64,000 bases of DNA from Polyangiales bacterium (GCA_038231275.1 JBBRLQ010000001.1:192001-256000), one strand, 5' to 3'. Positions 26,416 through 36,877 are shown, counted from the stretch's first letter. Numbers and translations are program-made. The notes: generated by a model not told the origin, from the letters alone.

Positions 26416-28418
26416 CACCGCGTCCGCCGGAAGACGGCGCCCCATCGCTCGACGTTCAGGATGCCGACCTCGGCCCAGCCGGAGTCCTTGTCCTTGAGCG
26501 CTTTGTAGCAGGTGGGATCGCCGAGGCCGCAGTACGTCCACGTGGCGCCCGTCGCCGCGACGCGATCGAGGTAATCCGGTCCCTCGGGGACCCAGACCAC
26601 CTTGTTCGAAAAGTCGTTGTTCCAGAAGAGGGCGAGGAACACGCCGTAGGCGCTGGGGAACGCGAGGACCGCGCCGGGGCCCACCTGCTTCTCGCGCAGC
26701 ACACCGACGTCCTTCATGATCGCGGAGCCGACCTTCATGTCGAGCGTGGGGCTGACCGTCGTCGCCTGCGTGACCTCACGCTCTGGATAGGGAATCGCGG
26801 CGAACGCCTTCGCCTCTTCCCATCGGAGCCAACACCGCGGCTCGGTCCAGAAGAAAGACACGATCGACATGATGCCGATCGCGCCGGCGAGGCTCTGCCC
26901 AAACCCTTCGTTGCGACCGGCCGCCCACCCGACCAGGCCGAGCGCGACGCCGACCGACGCGATCTGGTAGCGCGCGCCCCAGAGCGCGGGCGAAAAATAC
27001 AGCATCGGCAAGAGCCCGACCGCGAGCAGCGCCGCGTTGCGCGTGCCGTCCGAAGCGCGCCACACCGGCCGACGAACCAGCCGCGCGAAGAGGTCACGAA
27101 ACGGCGTGAGCGCGAGCAGGAAGACGACGACGAACGTGACCGGGATCACCACCGACGTGATCGCGATGCCGTACTCGTAGGCCTGCGTCATGTGCCCGCG
27201 GTTCATCGCGTACGGGATTCGGTAGAGATCTTCGAGCAGCGTGTCGAACGGCTCGTTCATGTCGATCCGCGATTCACCGGAGTCGTAGGAGCCCGCGCCC
27301 CACTCGACGCCGCCCGGCCAGTGGATGCCGAAGCGCTCGTTGTCGAATTTGAAATCCGGCCAGAACGGGTTCTTGAAATAGTACCAATTGCGCGCGTACG
27401 TCGGCGCGGCGAAGGCCACGATGAGGGCGATGCCGCCGAGCACGGTGCCCAGCGCGCTGAGGCGACGCCCTCGCGAGGTCGCGACGCCGCGGACGGCGGC
27501 GATCATTCCGAAGACGAGCGCGGGCACGATCGCCATGTGCTTGGACGACACCGCGAGGCCCAAGCACAGCGCGGCCATCCACGCGTCGCGGAGGCGAAAC
27601 GTCGGCCGCGTCGCGAAGTGCGCGCCCGCCACCACGAAGGCGGCGTTGTGCACGTCGACGTAGTTGCTCCCGAGCAGGAGCGCGGTGGCCGGCATGCACA
27701 CGATCGACGCGCCGAGGCCGAGCGCCACGCCCTGCGACGCGTACCGCCGCACGAGCAAGTAGACGCTGCCCATGAGCGCGGGCGCCATCAGGTGGTTGAC
27801 CATGTCGATCACGCGGCGGTCCGCGAAGATGACGAACCAGAGCTGCGTCATCTCCGCGAGGCGCGGGTATCCGTTGATCTTCTGCGCGCCTCCCTGCGGC
27901 AAATTCACCGGAGAAAACCCGTGATTTTGGATGGAGAAGCCGACGAGCGGCTCGTGGTACCAAAGCGCGTCCCACTGTCGCCACGAGGGCGTGTAGTAGG
28001 CGGTGAAGAACGTCCAACCGCACATGCACACGGTGAAGAGGACGACGATCGTGACGAGGCTCTTCGCGCGGAAGCCCGCGAGGAGGGTGTCCGAGGGGAG
28101 ACGGATCAGCGTCCATGCGTACCTGAGCACGTCTCTGTCGAACGCGCGCCATCCGGCGGGGCCGCGCGCGACGGCGTAGACGAGGCCGAAGAAGACGGCC
28201 GAGACCCACGCGAGCGGCTTTGCGGCGAGGTGGTTGGTGAGGCCGAGCCCGTAGACCGGCACCATCACGAGCGCGTTCCAGATCATCGTCGCCGCGACGA
28301 CGAGCTCCACGCGCCCCTCGGGACGTAGGCGCACGCAAATCGCGAGCGACGCCAGCGCCGCGAGCACGTTGAGGGCGAGGCTCACCCACACGCCGGAAGG
28401 AAGGGAGTCGAAGGTCAC
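26412..28418 (-). CDS. polytopic membrane protein, putative GT-C (ArnT/PMT-like) glycosyltransferase
   Basis: WDALWYH loop, GYP, NYVD, LAVSSK, YARNWYYFKNPFWP; many TM helices. Confidence 0.68.
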   Translation of the reverse strand: MTFDSLPSGVWVSLALNVLAALASLAICVRLRPEGRVELVVAATMIWNALVMVPVYGLGLTNHLAAKPLAWVSAVFFGLVYAVARGPAGWRAFDRDVLRYAWTLIRLPSDTLLAGFRAKSLVTIVVLFTVCMCGWTFFTAYYTPSWRQWDALWYHEPLVGFSIQNHGFSPVNLPQGGAQKINGYPRLAEMTQLWFVIFADRRVIDMVNHLMAPALMGSVYLLVRRYASQGVALGLGASIVCMPATALLLGSNYVDVHNAAFVVAGAHFATRPTFRLRDAWMAALCLGLAVSSKHMAIVPALVFGMIAAVRGVATSRGRRLSALGTVLGGIALIVAFAAPTYARNWYYFKNPFWPDFKFDNERFGIHWPGGVEWGAGSYDSGESRIDMNEPFDTLLEDLYRIPYAMNRGHMTQAYEYGIAITSVVIPVTFVVVFLLALTPFRDLFARLVRRPVWRASDGTRNAALLAVGLLPMLYFSPALWGARYQIASVGVALGLVGWAAGRNEGFGQSLAGAIGIMSIVSFFWTEPRCWLRWEEAKAFAAIPYPEREVTQATTVSPTLDMKVGSAIMKDVGVLREKQVGPGAVLAFPSAYGVFLALFWNNDFSNKVVWVPEGPDYLDRVAATGATWTYCGLGDPTCYKALKDKDSGWAEVGILNVERWGAVFRRTRW

Positions 28419-28487
28419 GCTTGCCGCGAGGCTACTGCCTCTTGCCGCGCCTGCGCCACGTCGACGTGCGCTAGATTGCGTGCCGCC

Positions 28488-30251
28488 ATGACGCCCGAGC
28501 CGCCGGACCCGCCGATCCGCTCGACGAAGGTGCGCGTCCTCGGCCTCGCGTTGCTCGCGCTGACCCTGAGTGTTTGCGCGTGGTGGCCGGCGCTGTGGGC
28601 CTACCCGAACACGCAAGTCCCCGACGGGCCGCAGTACCACAAGATGCTGGAGGCGGCGCGCGTCACCATCCTCCGCTACCACGAGCTGCCACTGTGGAAC
28701 CCGTTCGAGTGCGGCGGCCTCGCGTTGTGGGACAACCCGCAGTCGTTCATCGGCGCGCCGCTCGCGTGGCTCACGTTCCTCGTCGGGAGTACGCGCACCA
28801 TGGAGATTTGGTACGTCGTCCACGCGGCGCTCGGCTTCGTGTCGATGTGGCTGTTCGCGCGGCACGAGCTGCGCCTCTCGCGCGCGGCCACGCTCGTCGC
28901 CTCGTGCGTGTGGGCATTCAACGGCTTCCACCACCAGCACTACGGCGGCGGGCACTCGACGTTCGTGCCGTTCCTCTACTTCCCGCTGGCCCTCCTCTTT
29001 TGGCGGCGTGCCGAGCACGACGCGCGCATGGCAGTGGGTCTCGGCCTCCTGACCGCGTGGATGTTCTACGAGGGGGCCGTCTACCCGCTGCCGCACCTGG
29101 TCGTGCTGCTGGGCGCGGAGACCCTCACGCGCGCGTGGCCGCCGCGACGGCTCGTGCCCATCGCGCGAGCTGGAGCGATCGCGGCGGTGGTCGGGGTTCT
29201 CGTGGCGGGCTCGCGCCTCATGCCCGTCATCGATCAGCTACGCACGCACACGCGGCCGATAAGCCCCGACTCCGACGTCATGCAGTGGGACACGCTCAAG
29301 CTCGTCTTCCTCTCGCGCGCCCATGAGCGCGCGATCCCCGGTCAGCAGTACGTGTGGGGCGAGTTCGGCGCCTACGTCGGTCCGATCATCTTGGTACTCG
29401 CCTTCGTCGGCATCCTCGCCGGCGGCCTCGAGCACGCGTGGCTCCTCGCGCTCTTCCTCTTCTCGTTCCTCTTGATGCTCGGACACCAGGGAAAGTGGGC
29501 CCCCTGGTCGATCCTCAACGCGCACGTGTACCCCTTCAAGCAGATGCGCGTGCCGTCACGGTTCGTCGCGGAGTGCGCGATGTTCATCGCGATGTTCGCC
29601 GGCATCGCGATCGATCGCGTGAGCGCGCGCGTGGCTGCGTTCTTCGAGAAGCGCGGGGACGTGCAGATCGGCAAGGCGTTCCGCACCGGCCTCCTCGCGC
29701 TCGCCTTCGTCGGCGCGGGCGACATCATGGGCGCGGGCCTGGCGTGGGTCGATCAGTGCTTCAATCAACCGCCCGAGCAGAAGGTCGCCCCGTCCACGCG
29801 CCTCTACCTCGGCGGCCCCGGCCTCGCCGGCTTCATCGACGAGCCTCGCCAGAATCGCGGCCGCATCCAGTGCTGGGACGAGTGGGGCTTCAGCTGGGGC
29901 GCGCACTTCTGGGAGGGCGACGTACCGCAAGCCCGCGCGGCCGATGACGGCGCGGTGGTGGAGGTCGCGAACCGCACGCCGAACACGTTCACGATCGACG
30001 TGGAGGTCACGCGTCCCTCTCGCATCCTCGTCAACACCACCTACGATCGCGGCTGGCGGAGCGACGTAGGGCAGGTCGTCGACAGCGAACGCTTGCTCGC
30101 CCTCGATCTTCCGCCCGGCCGCCACCGCGTCCACCTCGAATATTGGCCGCACGGCCTCACCCTCGGCATCGTGATGTCGCTCGTCGGCTTCGCCGGCGTC
30201 GGGGTCTTCTTCTACCGGCAGCGCCGCAAGCGCGCGATCGCCAGCGACTAG
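28488..30251 (+). CDS. YfhO-like membrane protein (GT-C)
   Basis: PLWNPFECGG..WDNPQ, MRVPSRF, YDRGWR, LPPGRHRVHLEYWP plus terminal TM helix. Confidence 0.75.
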   Translation: MTPEPPDPPIRSTKVRVLGLALLALTLSVCAWWPALWAYPNTQVPDGPQYHKMLEAARVTILRYHELPLWNPFECGGLALWDNPQSFIGAPLAWLTFLVGSTRTMEIWYVVHAALGFVSMWLFARHELRLSRAATLVASCVWAFNGFHHQHYGGGHSTFVPFLYFPLALLFWRRAEHDARMAVGLGLLTAWMFYEGAVYPLPHLVVLLGAETLTRAWPPRRLVPIARAGAIAAVVGVLVAGSRLMPVIDQLRTHTRPISPDSDVMQWDTLKLVFLSRAHERAIPGQQYVWGEFGAYVGPIILVLAFVGILAGGLEHAWLLALFLFSFLLMLGHQGKWAPWSILNAHVYPFKQMRVPSRFVAECAMFIAMFAGIAIDRVSARVAAFFEKRGDVQIGKAFRTGLLALAFVGAGDIMGAGLAWVDQCFNQPPEQKVAPSTRLYLGGPGLAGFIDEPRQNRGRIQCWDEWGFSWGAHFWEGDVPQARAADDGAVVEVANRTPNTFTIDVEVTRPSRILVNTTYDRGWRSDVGQVVDSERLLALDLPPGRHRVHLEYWPHGLTLGIVMSLVGFAGVGVFFYRQRRKRAIASD

Positions 30252-31282
30252 CGAATCTCGGTGTACGTCACGACCGCGATCAACGTCAGCATCATCAAGA
30301 GCCCGACGGCATGAACGCTCGTCTCCAGCTTCGCGTCTGCCTTGCGCCGGCTCACCGCCTCGAACAAGAGGAACAGCAGTCGCCCGCCGTCGAGCGCCGG
30401 GAACGGCAGCAGGTTGAACCCACCGAGGTACGCGCTCAGGACGCCTAGCAATCGAAACGCCTCGCCTGGGCCGCTCCGCACGGCGAGCGACGTCTCGCGC
30501 ACGATCCCGACCGGGCCGCTCAGCTCGGGCTTCTCTTTGCCGGAGATCATCCGTCCGAGGCCGATGACCAGCGCCGCGACGACCTTCGGCGGCTCGGTGA
30601 CGCTGAGCACCGCCGCCTCGCCCGGGCCGACGTTGACGTGGTGGTAGTCGGGGCCGATCAGGATCTTGCCCTCGAACTTGTCCCCCTTTTTGCCCGGTGT
30701 GACCTTGAGCGTGATCTCTTTGCCGTCGCGCTCGACGAGGATCGCGATTTCCTCGCCAGGGTGCGCGCTGATCGTCTTCTTGATCTCGTCCCAGTCGTGG
30801 AGACGCTCGCCGTTTGCGGCGAGGAGGCGGTCGCCGTTGCGCATGTCGGCCGCGTTCGCGGGGCCCGACGGGTCGACCCGTACCTTCAGGCTCACATCGT
30901 CCGAGATCGTCCGGCCGCCGAGGAGAAAGCCGAAGAAGAGGAGGATCGACGCGAAGAGGTAGTTGGCGACGGGGCCGCCCGCGATCGTGACGATGCGCGC
31001 CCAGAGCGACGCGTTGGCGTAGCTGCCGGGGTCTTTCGGATCGTTCTCCTCGTACGGGTTCATCCCCGCGATCTGCACGTACGCGAGGAACGGGATGATC
31101 GCGATCTGGTAGACCGTCGGGCTCCCCTTCGGCCGGTGACGCCACAGCGTCGGTCCGAAGCCGATCGAGAAACGCGTGACGCGCATTCCGAATCGACGCG
31201 CGGCGAAGTAGTGACCGCTTTCGTGGACGACCATCAGGACCGCGAGACCGAGGGCCGCCAGGAAGTAAGAAGCGACGGACAT
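30248..31282 (-). CDS. rseP: RIP metalloprotease RseP (M50) with PDZ domain
   Basis: HESGH, FSIGFGP, AGGPVAN, SGPVGI, NLLPFPALDGG. Confidence 0.93.
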   Translation of the reverse strand: MSVASYFLAALGLAVLMVVHESGHYFAARRFGMRVTRFSIGFGPTLWRHRPKGSPTVYQIAIIPFLAYVQIAGMNPYEENDPKDPGSYANASLWARIVTIAGGPVANYLFASILLFFGFLLGGRTISDDVSLKVRVDPSGPANAADMRNGDRLLAANGERLHDWDEIKKTISAHPGEEIAILVERDGKEITLKVTPGKKGDKFEGKILIGPDYHHVNVGPGEAAVLSVTEPPKVVAALVIGLGRMISGKEKPELSGPVGIVRETSLAVRSGPGEAFRLLGVLSAYLGGFNLLPFPALDGGRLLFLLFEAVSRRKADAKLETSVHAVGLLMMLTLIAVVTYTEIR

Positions 31283-31419
31283 TGAGGTTAAGTCTAAGAC
31301 GACCCCGCGAGCAGCGCCATGGGTCCTGTGATCGGCTTTTTGCCCGCAACTCGACGGCTGGCCTGGCGCAGCGCGACCGAAGGGCGGTTTTGCCTACATG
31401 CCTCCCCCGCCCCGCGTCC

Positions 31420-31995
31420 TCACATGAACGAGACGCCGAGCGAAAAGGTCGGGTAGCCGATGCGCATCGTCAGCGCGACGTGCTCGCTGAAGTGGTAGCG
31501 GCCGCCGAGGTACAGCGCAGGGCGGATGCCGAAGAGCGCGGGCTCGTTGCAGCCGGGGACGTTGTTGCAAATGCTGTCGAAGAAGCCCTTGTAGAGGAAG
31601 AGCCCGGGCTCGCCGAAGACGCTCCACTTTTGCGCGACGAAGAAGTTCCACTGCATGACGACGGGGAACTGGAGAAAATTCGCGCTGCAGTTGGCGGCCC
31701 TGAAATAGCAGCCGTCGTAGTGCAGCAAGTCGACGCCGAAGCCGATGGCGACGCTGTTGTTGATCGACGGGATGAAGCCGTTCTCGATGATCGGGATCGC
31801 GAAGCGGGCGCCGACGCCGTAGCCGTTCGCGGCGTAGATGTCGCCCCAGCCGAACAGCAGATGCGGCTCGATCTCGACCTTGTACGACGGGTGATCGCCG
31901 GGACTCTTGATCGTGTCGTCCGCGCGCGCGGCGCCCGAAGAGAAGACGACGCCTCCGACGAGCGCGGCGGCGGTCAGCGTGCGTGCGAGATCCAT
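31420..31995 (-). CDS. small outer-membrane beta-barrel protein
   Basis: Signal peptide (ARA), amphipathic strands, C-terminal FSLGVSFM. Confidence 0.7.
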   Translation of the reverse strand: MDLARTLTAAALVGGVVFSSGAARADDTIKSPGDHPSYKVEIEPHLLFGWGDIYAANGYGVGARFAIPIIENGFIPSINNSVAIGFGVDLLHYDGCYFRAANCSANFLQFPVVMQWNFFVAQKWSVFGEPGLFLYKGFFDSICNNVPGCNEPALFGIRPALYLGGRYHFSEHVALTMRIGYPTFSLGVSFM

Positions 31996-32024
31996 GTGGA
32001 ACTCGTACCGAAGCCCGCGCCGCG

Positions 32025-32050
32025 CTGCAATTATTGGTTTGACGTTGCAG
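32025..32050. promoter_or_regulatory. inverted repeat, candidate operator upstream of the OMP gene
   Basis: CTGCAA-N14(AT-rich)-TTGCAG. Confidence 0.35.
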
Positions 32051-32082
32051 GAGAGCTCGGCCGCTAGGCTCCTAGGGACGCG

Positions 32083-32949
32083 CTAGACGCGCGGCAGACG
32101 CACGCCCGCGGAGCTCGGCGGCACCGGCGTATCGATGGCGCCGACGCTGGGCAAACTGCTCGAGCTCGGCAAGCTGCTCAAGCTAGGTGAGCTGCTCGAG
32201 CTGGGCGAGCTGCTGGAGATCGGCACCGCGGCCACGCGCATGCTGCTTCCCGACGCAGGAGCTTCACGCGACGTAGCGCGCCACCAGATGCCGTCGCGGG
32301 TGCTCCGCGCGAGACCTTCGCGCTCGAACTTCGCGAGGAGGCGGCTCACGGTCTCCGTCGTCGCGTTGACCATGCACGCGAGATCGCGGCGGCGCAGCGG
32401 GATGGCGATGAAGCGCCCCTGACCGAGCGGCGTACCGTGGTGCTCGGCGAGGCTGTCGAGCAGGTGCTTGATGCGCTCGTCCACCGGTCCGCCGACGATC
32501 TCGTCGATGCGACGCGTATGCGCGCGGAGATCCTGCGCGGCGCGCGCGAGGATGGCGCGCGCGAACGTCGGGTGAGAGGTGGCGATGCGATGCACGATGC
32601 GCCGATCGATCGTCGCGAGGTGCGAGGAGCGGAGCGTCGTGACGGTCGCGGTCGCGACTTGCCCGTCGAGGACGGAGACGTCCCCCACGACGCACGGCGC
32701 GCGCATCACGTCGACCACGACTTGCGCTTCGCCGCCGCCGCCGACCGTCGTCCGCGTGACCTTTCCGGCGCCACGGAAGAGCAGAATCATCGCTTGTGAG
32801 GCGACGCCTTGCTCCACGAGCGTGGTCCCTGCGTGGACGCGCTTCTGTTGGGCTGCGCTCGCCAGCTCTCCGAACGCCTCTTTCGAGAGGTCGGCGAACG
32901 GCGGAATGAGCCGCAACTCCGCGTGGATGTCGAGATCGGGATTGGCCAT
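32083..32949 (-). CDS. Crp/Fnr family transcriptional regulator
   Basis: cNMP-binding-like domain; HTH LRRRDLACMVNATTETVSRLL; Ser-rich tail. Confidence 0.9.
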   Translation of the reverse strand: MANPDLDIHAELRLIPPFADLSKEAFGELASAAQQKRVHAGTTLVEQGVASQAMILLFRGAGKVTRTTVGGGGEAQVVVDVMRAPCVVGDVSVLDGQVATATVTTLRSSHLATIDRRIVHRIATSHPTFARAILARAAQDLRAHTRRIDEIVGGPVDERIKHLLDSLAEHHGTPLGQGRFIAIPLRRRDLACMVNATTETVSRLLAKFEREGLARSTRDGIWWRATSREAPASGSSMRVAAVPISSSSPSSSSSPSLSSLPSSSSLPSVGAIDTPVPPSSAGVRLPRV

Positions 32950-33099
32950 CGAACGGTTCATTAAACTATGCGTCCCCCGCGCGCGCCGGCAAGGTCGTCG
33001 GGGAGTGGTGCGGGCTATCGCTGCGATAGCCACGCTCGATGGACGATACGCGGTAACGTGCCGTCCGGTTCCGCTCCCTCAGAAACGACCTTTTTCGAA

Positions 33100-35067
33100 A
33101 TGGACCGTCGCGCGCTTCTCCTTGCCCTCCTGGGGCCTATGCAAATGTCGATCGCGCGCGCCGACGACACGGAAGAAATCACGATCCGAGGCTCCCAGGC
33201 CGGCGGATTCAGCTCGAGGGCCAAGCTCGAGGACTCTCCCCGTGAAGTTACTAACGCCGCGAGCCTGGTCGAACCGTTACCCGGCGTGCATGTTCGCCGC
33301 CTCGGGGCCGACGACGGGTTTTCCACATTGTCCGTCCGTGGGTCCAGCTCGACCCAGGTGGCGGTGCTGCTCGCAGGGGTTCCGCTGACCGGAGGGGCCG
33401 ATCCCTCGCTCGATCTCGCGACGTTACCTTTGTGGCCGGGGGCACGGGTCCGCGTCTTCCGATCGTTTTCCCCAGCGGCGCTCGGTCCCGGCTCGCTCGG
33501 TGGGACGCTCGTGCTCGAGCCGCCGACCGCGACGGGTCCGGATCGGACCGAGGTGTGGGCCGCGGCTGGGTCGTTCGGTGCGCGCCGAATGCGCATCGGT
33601 GACGTGCGTGCGCTCGGTGACGAGGGGACGCGCATAGCGACGGCGCTCAGTATGTCGCGATCGGACGATGACTTTTCCTATTACGACACGCCCACCGGAA
33701 CGGACCGCACGCGCGAGAACGCGGGGCACGCGGCGGTGAGCGGGCTCGTGGCGTGGACGAGGCCGATTCGCTTCGCCGATGGCAGCTCTGGACATCTCAC
33801 CGTCACGACGCTCGCGCAAGCGCGACGGCAGCACGTGCCCGGACCGCTCACGCACCTGACGCCGAACCAGACGCTCGCGACCGATCGCGAGCTCGCGGCC
33901 GTCGAGCTCGCGGTTCCTTCCGAGCGGGGCGCGTGGATCACGCGCGGGTGGGGACGGCACGAGGGGCTTCGCGTGACCGACACGCCGCTCACCCCGGGCG
34001 AGCCGACGCGAACGTCCGACGGGATCGCGGCGGCGGGCGGTGCGGCAGGATGGCGCGGGCGTCCAATCGCGCCGGTCACGCTCGACGCGCGCGTCGACGC
34101 GACAGGAGAGCGCTTCTCGCCGGGAGAGTGGCGTGGTGCACCGGCGCCACCCGGTGCGACGCGCGCGTCGGTGGGGCTCGCGTCGGACGTGGAGTGGCGC
34201 GCGACGGAGGCGCTCACCGCGACCGCGAGCGGAAGGCTCGACGCGTGGAGCGATCGCGGAGGCGGATCGAAGGAGTCGCTCCGTCCTACCGCGCACGTCG
34301 GCGGTGAGCTCGTCCTCGGGCCGATCGCGTTCGCGTCGCACGGCGGCGTCCTCGCGCGCGCGCCGTCCTTCGTGGAGCGCTTCGGCGATCACGGCGTCTT
34401 CCTCGGTAACCCCGCCCTGAGGCCCGAGTCGGCGTGGACCGTCGACTTCGGCGCGCGCACGCAGAAGCGCTTCGGCGAGGTGTCCCTTCGCGCGGAGGCC
34501 GCCGGCTTCGTCTCGTGGGCGGACGATCTGATCGTCTTCGTCCAGCAAGGCATCGGCGTCGCACGCACCGAGAACATCGGCCGCGCGCGCATCGCCGGCG
34601 CCGAAGCGCTCGTGGAAGGCCGAGGATTTGGCTTCGAATTACGTGCATCTTACACGGGACTCGCGACAGCGAACGAGGACGCGTGCGTCGCGACCGACAT
34701 CGCCGGCGCGTGCGAGAGACCTCCGCTCCCCGGACGCCCGGAGCACGACGCCGTGTTCGATCTCGCGTACTCACTCGGCCCGGCGCGCGTTCGGTATGGA
34801 GTCGACGTCATCGCCGGCGTCTTCGCGGATCTGACGGGGCGCGTGGAGGTGCCGACGCGCGCGCTCCACTCTGCGGGCGTACGCCTCGACGTTCCAGGCG
34901 CCAAGGGCCTGCGCCTCGCGCTCGACGTGCGAAACCTCTTCGATCTTCGAACGGTGACGTACACCGGCTTCGCAGGCACGGTGCGCGCGCCGATCGGCGA
35001 CGTCTACGACTACCCGCTCCCGGGCCGCAGCGTCCTCGTGAGCGCGCTCTTCAAGACCGGCCCCTGA
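33100..35067 (+). CDS. TonB-dependent receptor (BtuB-like)
   Basis: TonB box EEITIRG, plug LSVRGSSSTQV, GNPALRPESA, DVRNLFD, YPLPGRS. Confidence 0.88.
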   Translation: MDRRALLLALLGPMQMSIARADDTEEITIRGSQAGGFSSRAKLEDSPREVTNAASLVEPLPGVHVRRLGADDGFSTLSVRGSSSTQVAVLLAGVPLTGGADPSLDLATLPLWPGARVRVFRSFSPAALGPGSLGGTLVLEPPTATGPDRTEVWAAAGSFGARRMRIGDVRALGDEGTRIATALSMSRSDDDFSYYDTPTGTDRTRENAGHAAVSGLVAWTRPIRFADGSSGHLTVTTLAQARRQHVPGPLTHLTPNQTLATDRELAAVELAVPSERGAWITRGWGRHEGLRVTDTPLTPGEPTRTSDGIAAAGGAAGWRGRPIAPVTLDARVDATGERFSPGEWRGAPAPPGATRASVGLASDVEWRATEALTATASGRLDAWSDRGGGSKESLRPTAHVGGELVLGPIAFASHGGVLARAPSFVERFGDHGVFLGNPALRPESAWTVDFGARTQKRFGEVSLRAEAAGFVSWADDLIVFVQQGIGVARTENIGRARIAGAEALVEGRGFGFELRASYTGLATANEDACVATDIAGACERPPLPGRPEHDAVFDLAYSLGPARVRYGVDVIAGVFADLTGRVEVPTRALHSAGVRLDVPGAKGLRLALDVRNLFDLRTVTYTGFAGTVRAPIGDVYDYPLPGRSVLVSALFKTGP

Positions 35068-35140
35068 CGTCCAATGGACCGGCGCGAGGGAGAATGAGGT
35101 AGGACTTGGTGCCCCGCTCCCCTTTCCCCGAGGTGAACTC

Positions 35141-35710
35141 ATGTCGATGCTACGAAAAGGACTCTCCGGCGAGCCCGTCCGAATTCTCCAAGGCCGTCTC
35201 GGCGTGACCGCGGACGGCATCTTCGGCGCGGCGACCGACGAGGCGCTGCGAAAGTACCAGGCCGACAACAGCCTTGAGGTCGACGGCATCGCCGGTCCCG
35301 ACACCTTCACGGCCATGGGTCTCCACGAGCTCGTGCTTCTCCAGAAGGGCAACCGCGGCGAGACCGTGAAGAAGCTCCAGACCGGCCTTGGCCTCGCGGC
35401 CGACGGGATCTTCGGCGCCGGCACCGAGAAGGCCGTCCGCGACCTCCAGTCTTCCAAGGGACTCGACGTCGACGGCATCGCGGGCCCGCTGACGCTCGCG
35501 CAGGTCGACGGCTTCGGTGAGATCACGCAGGAGACGATCGCCGCGTCCGTCGTCACCGAGAACACGCAGCCCATCGAAGAGTCCGCCGCCCAGGCCGCGA
35601 AGGAGAGCGAGACCCCGCCCGCGCCGCACCCGTCGTTCGCCGGCAAGGTCGAAGAGAAGGTCGCCGAGGTGGGCAAGTCGATCTGGAACACGGTGAAGAA
35701 GATTTTCTGA
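35141..35710 (+). CDS. peptidoglycan-binding domain protein (tandem PG_binding_1)
   Basis: Two repeats of LxKGxxGExVxxLQ...ADGIFGxxT...VDGIAGPxT; SD GAGGTG. Confidence 0.88.
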   Translation: MSMLRKGLSGEPVRILQGRLGVTADGIFGAATDEALRKYQADNSLEVDGIAGPDTFTAMGLHELVLLQKGNRGETVKKLQTGLGLAADGIFGAGTEKAVRDLQSSKGLDVDGIAGPLTLAQVDGFGEITQETIAASVVTENTQPIEESAAQAAKESETPPAPHPSFAGKVEEKVAEVGKSIWNTVKKIF

Positions 35711-35753
35711 TCTAGGGCGAGAGACGCGCATCGCGTCGGGAGAGAGAGACGTC

Positions 35754-36554
35754 ATGAGACTTCATTCGATCGGGCTCGGAGCCCTGGTGTGGATCGCCTC
35801 CGGTGCGGCGAGCGCGGGGCCTACGCCCTCGGCAACGCCGCCCTCGTCGGCGAGCGGCGCGCCGCAGTCGGCGGACGCCGGGAAGAAAGCGGAGACGCCG
35901 GAGCAGAAGGCGTTCCGCCGGCAGTACGTCCGCGAGACGCGCAAGAAGCAGAAGTCGATCACGGCGCACCACGTTTGGACGCCGGAGATGGGCAAGCTCG
36001 CGAGCGATCATTGGCGCCGCGCGTACGCGACGCTCCGAATCCGCGAGCTCGCCGACGACGAGAAAGACGCGGCGGCCGTCGCGCGCACCGACGCCCTCCT
36101 CAAGAAGCTCGACGACGCCTACTTCACGGCGCTGCCCGAGCTCGTCGCCAAGGCGCCGGCGGTTCCCGGCGCTCCGATGCTCGCCTCGCCGGCCGCCGGA
36201 GCCTCCGCGCCGATCGGCGCTCCGCTCACGTTCAAGTTCACGCCCTACAAAGACGCGGCGCGGTACGCCTGCTCCCTGAGGCAGTCCGGCCACTCGTGGT
36301 CGAGCCGCAACGGCAAGGAGTGGGGAACGACGCCCGAGTGCACGATCCCCGCGAACGATCCGCATTGGGCGAAGTTCCACGCCGGTAAGGCGCACTTCGT
36401 CGGTCACGCGATCACGATGGGCAAGAGCGCGAAGGGCAAGGACATCCAGCAGTGGTCGGAGCCGGTGGACGTGGAGGTCACGCTCACGGGAGGCGCCGCG
36501 CCGACGCCGACCCCCATGCCTCCCACCTCGGCGACCGCAGGAGGTGCGAAATGA
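35754..36554 (+). CDS. secreted hypothetical protein
   Basis: Signal peptide (ASA); helical domain followed by a beta domain with 2 Cys. Confidence 0.7.
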   Translation: MRLHSIGLGALVWIASGAASAGPTPSATPPSSASGAPQSADAGKKAETPEQKAFRRQYVRETRKKQKSITAHHVWTPEMGKLASDHWRRAYATLRIRELADDEKDAAAVARTDALLKKLDDAYFTALPELVAKAPAVPGAPMLASPAAGASAPIGAPLTFKFTPYKDAARYACSLRQSGHSWSSRNGKEWGTTPECTIPANDPHWAKFHAGKAHFVGHAITMGKSAKGKDIQQWSEPVDVEVTLTGGAAPTPTPMPPTSATAGGAK

Positions 36555-36877
36555 TTCGCGTCACACGTCATCCGTCTTGGGCTCTCTTCGTCCCCGCGCT
36601 CGTCGCCTTCCTCGCCGGCTGCCCCGACAAGAAGAGCGAAGGCACCGCTCCCACCGCGAGCGCTTCGGGGACGACCGCCGCCTCGACCACCGCCCCCGCC
36701 GTAGCCTCCGCCGATCCCGCAGGCGGCAACGCGACGGCGTCCATCGACGAGCCCGACGAGCCGGACCTCGACTCGCCGACCGACGACGAGGACCTCCAGC
36801 GCTCGGCCGGCGTCATCTCGAAGACGAACTACAAGAGCGAGCTCGACAAGCTCGAGCACGAAGATCTGAAAAAGTAG
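36551..36877 (+). CDS. small lipoprotein
   Basis: LAGC lipobox; SD GGAGG; ATGA overlap; C-terminal ISKTNYKSELDKLE. Confidence 0.75.
   Translation: MIRVTRHPSWALFVPALVAFLAGCPDKKSEGTAPTASASGTTAASTTAPAVASADPAGGNATASIDEPDEPDLDSPTDDEDLQRSAGVISKTNYKSELDKLEHEDLKK

Noticed and set aside
32950-33099. Cobalamin riboswitch upstream of the TonB receptor
   Set aside because: Only about 150 nt shared with a divergent promoter, and no recognisable B12-box consensus
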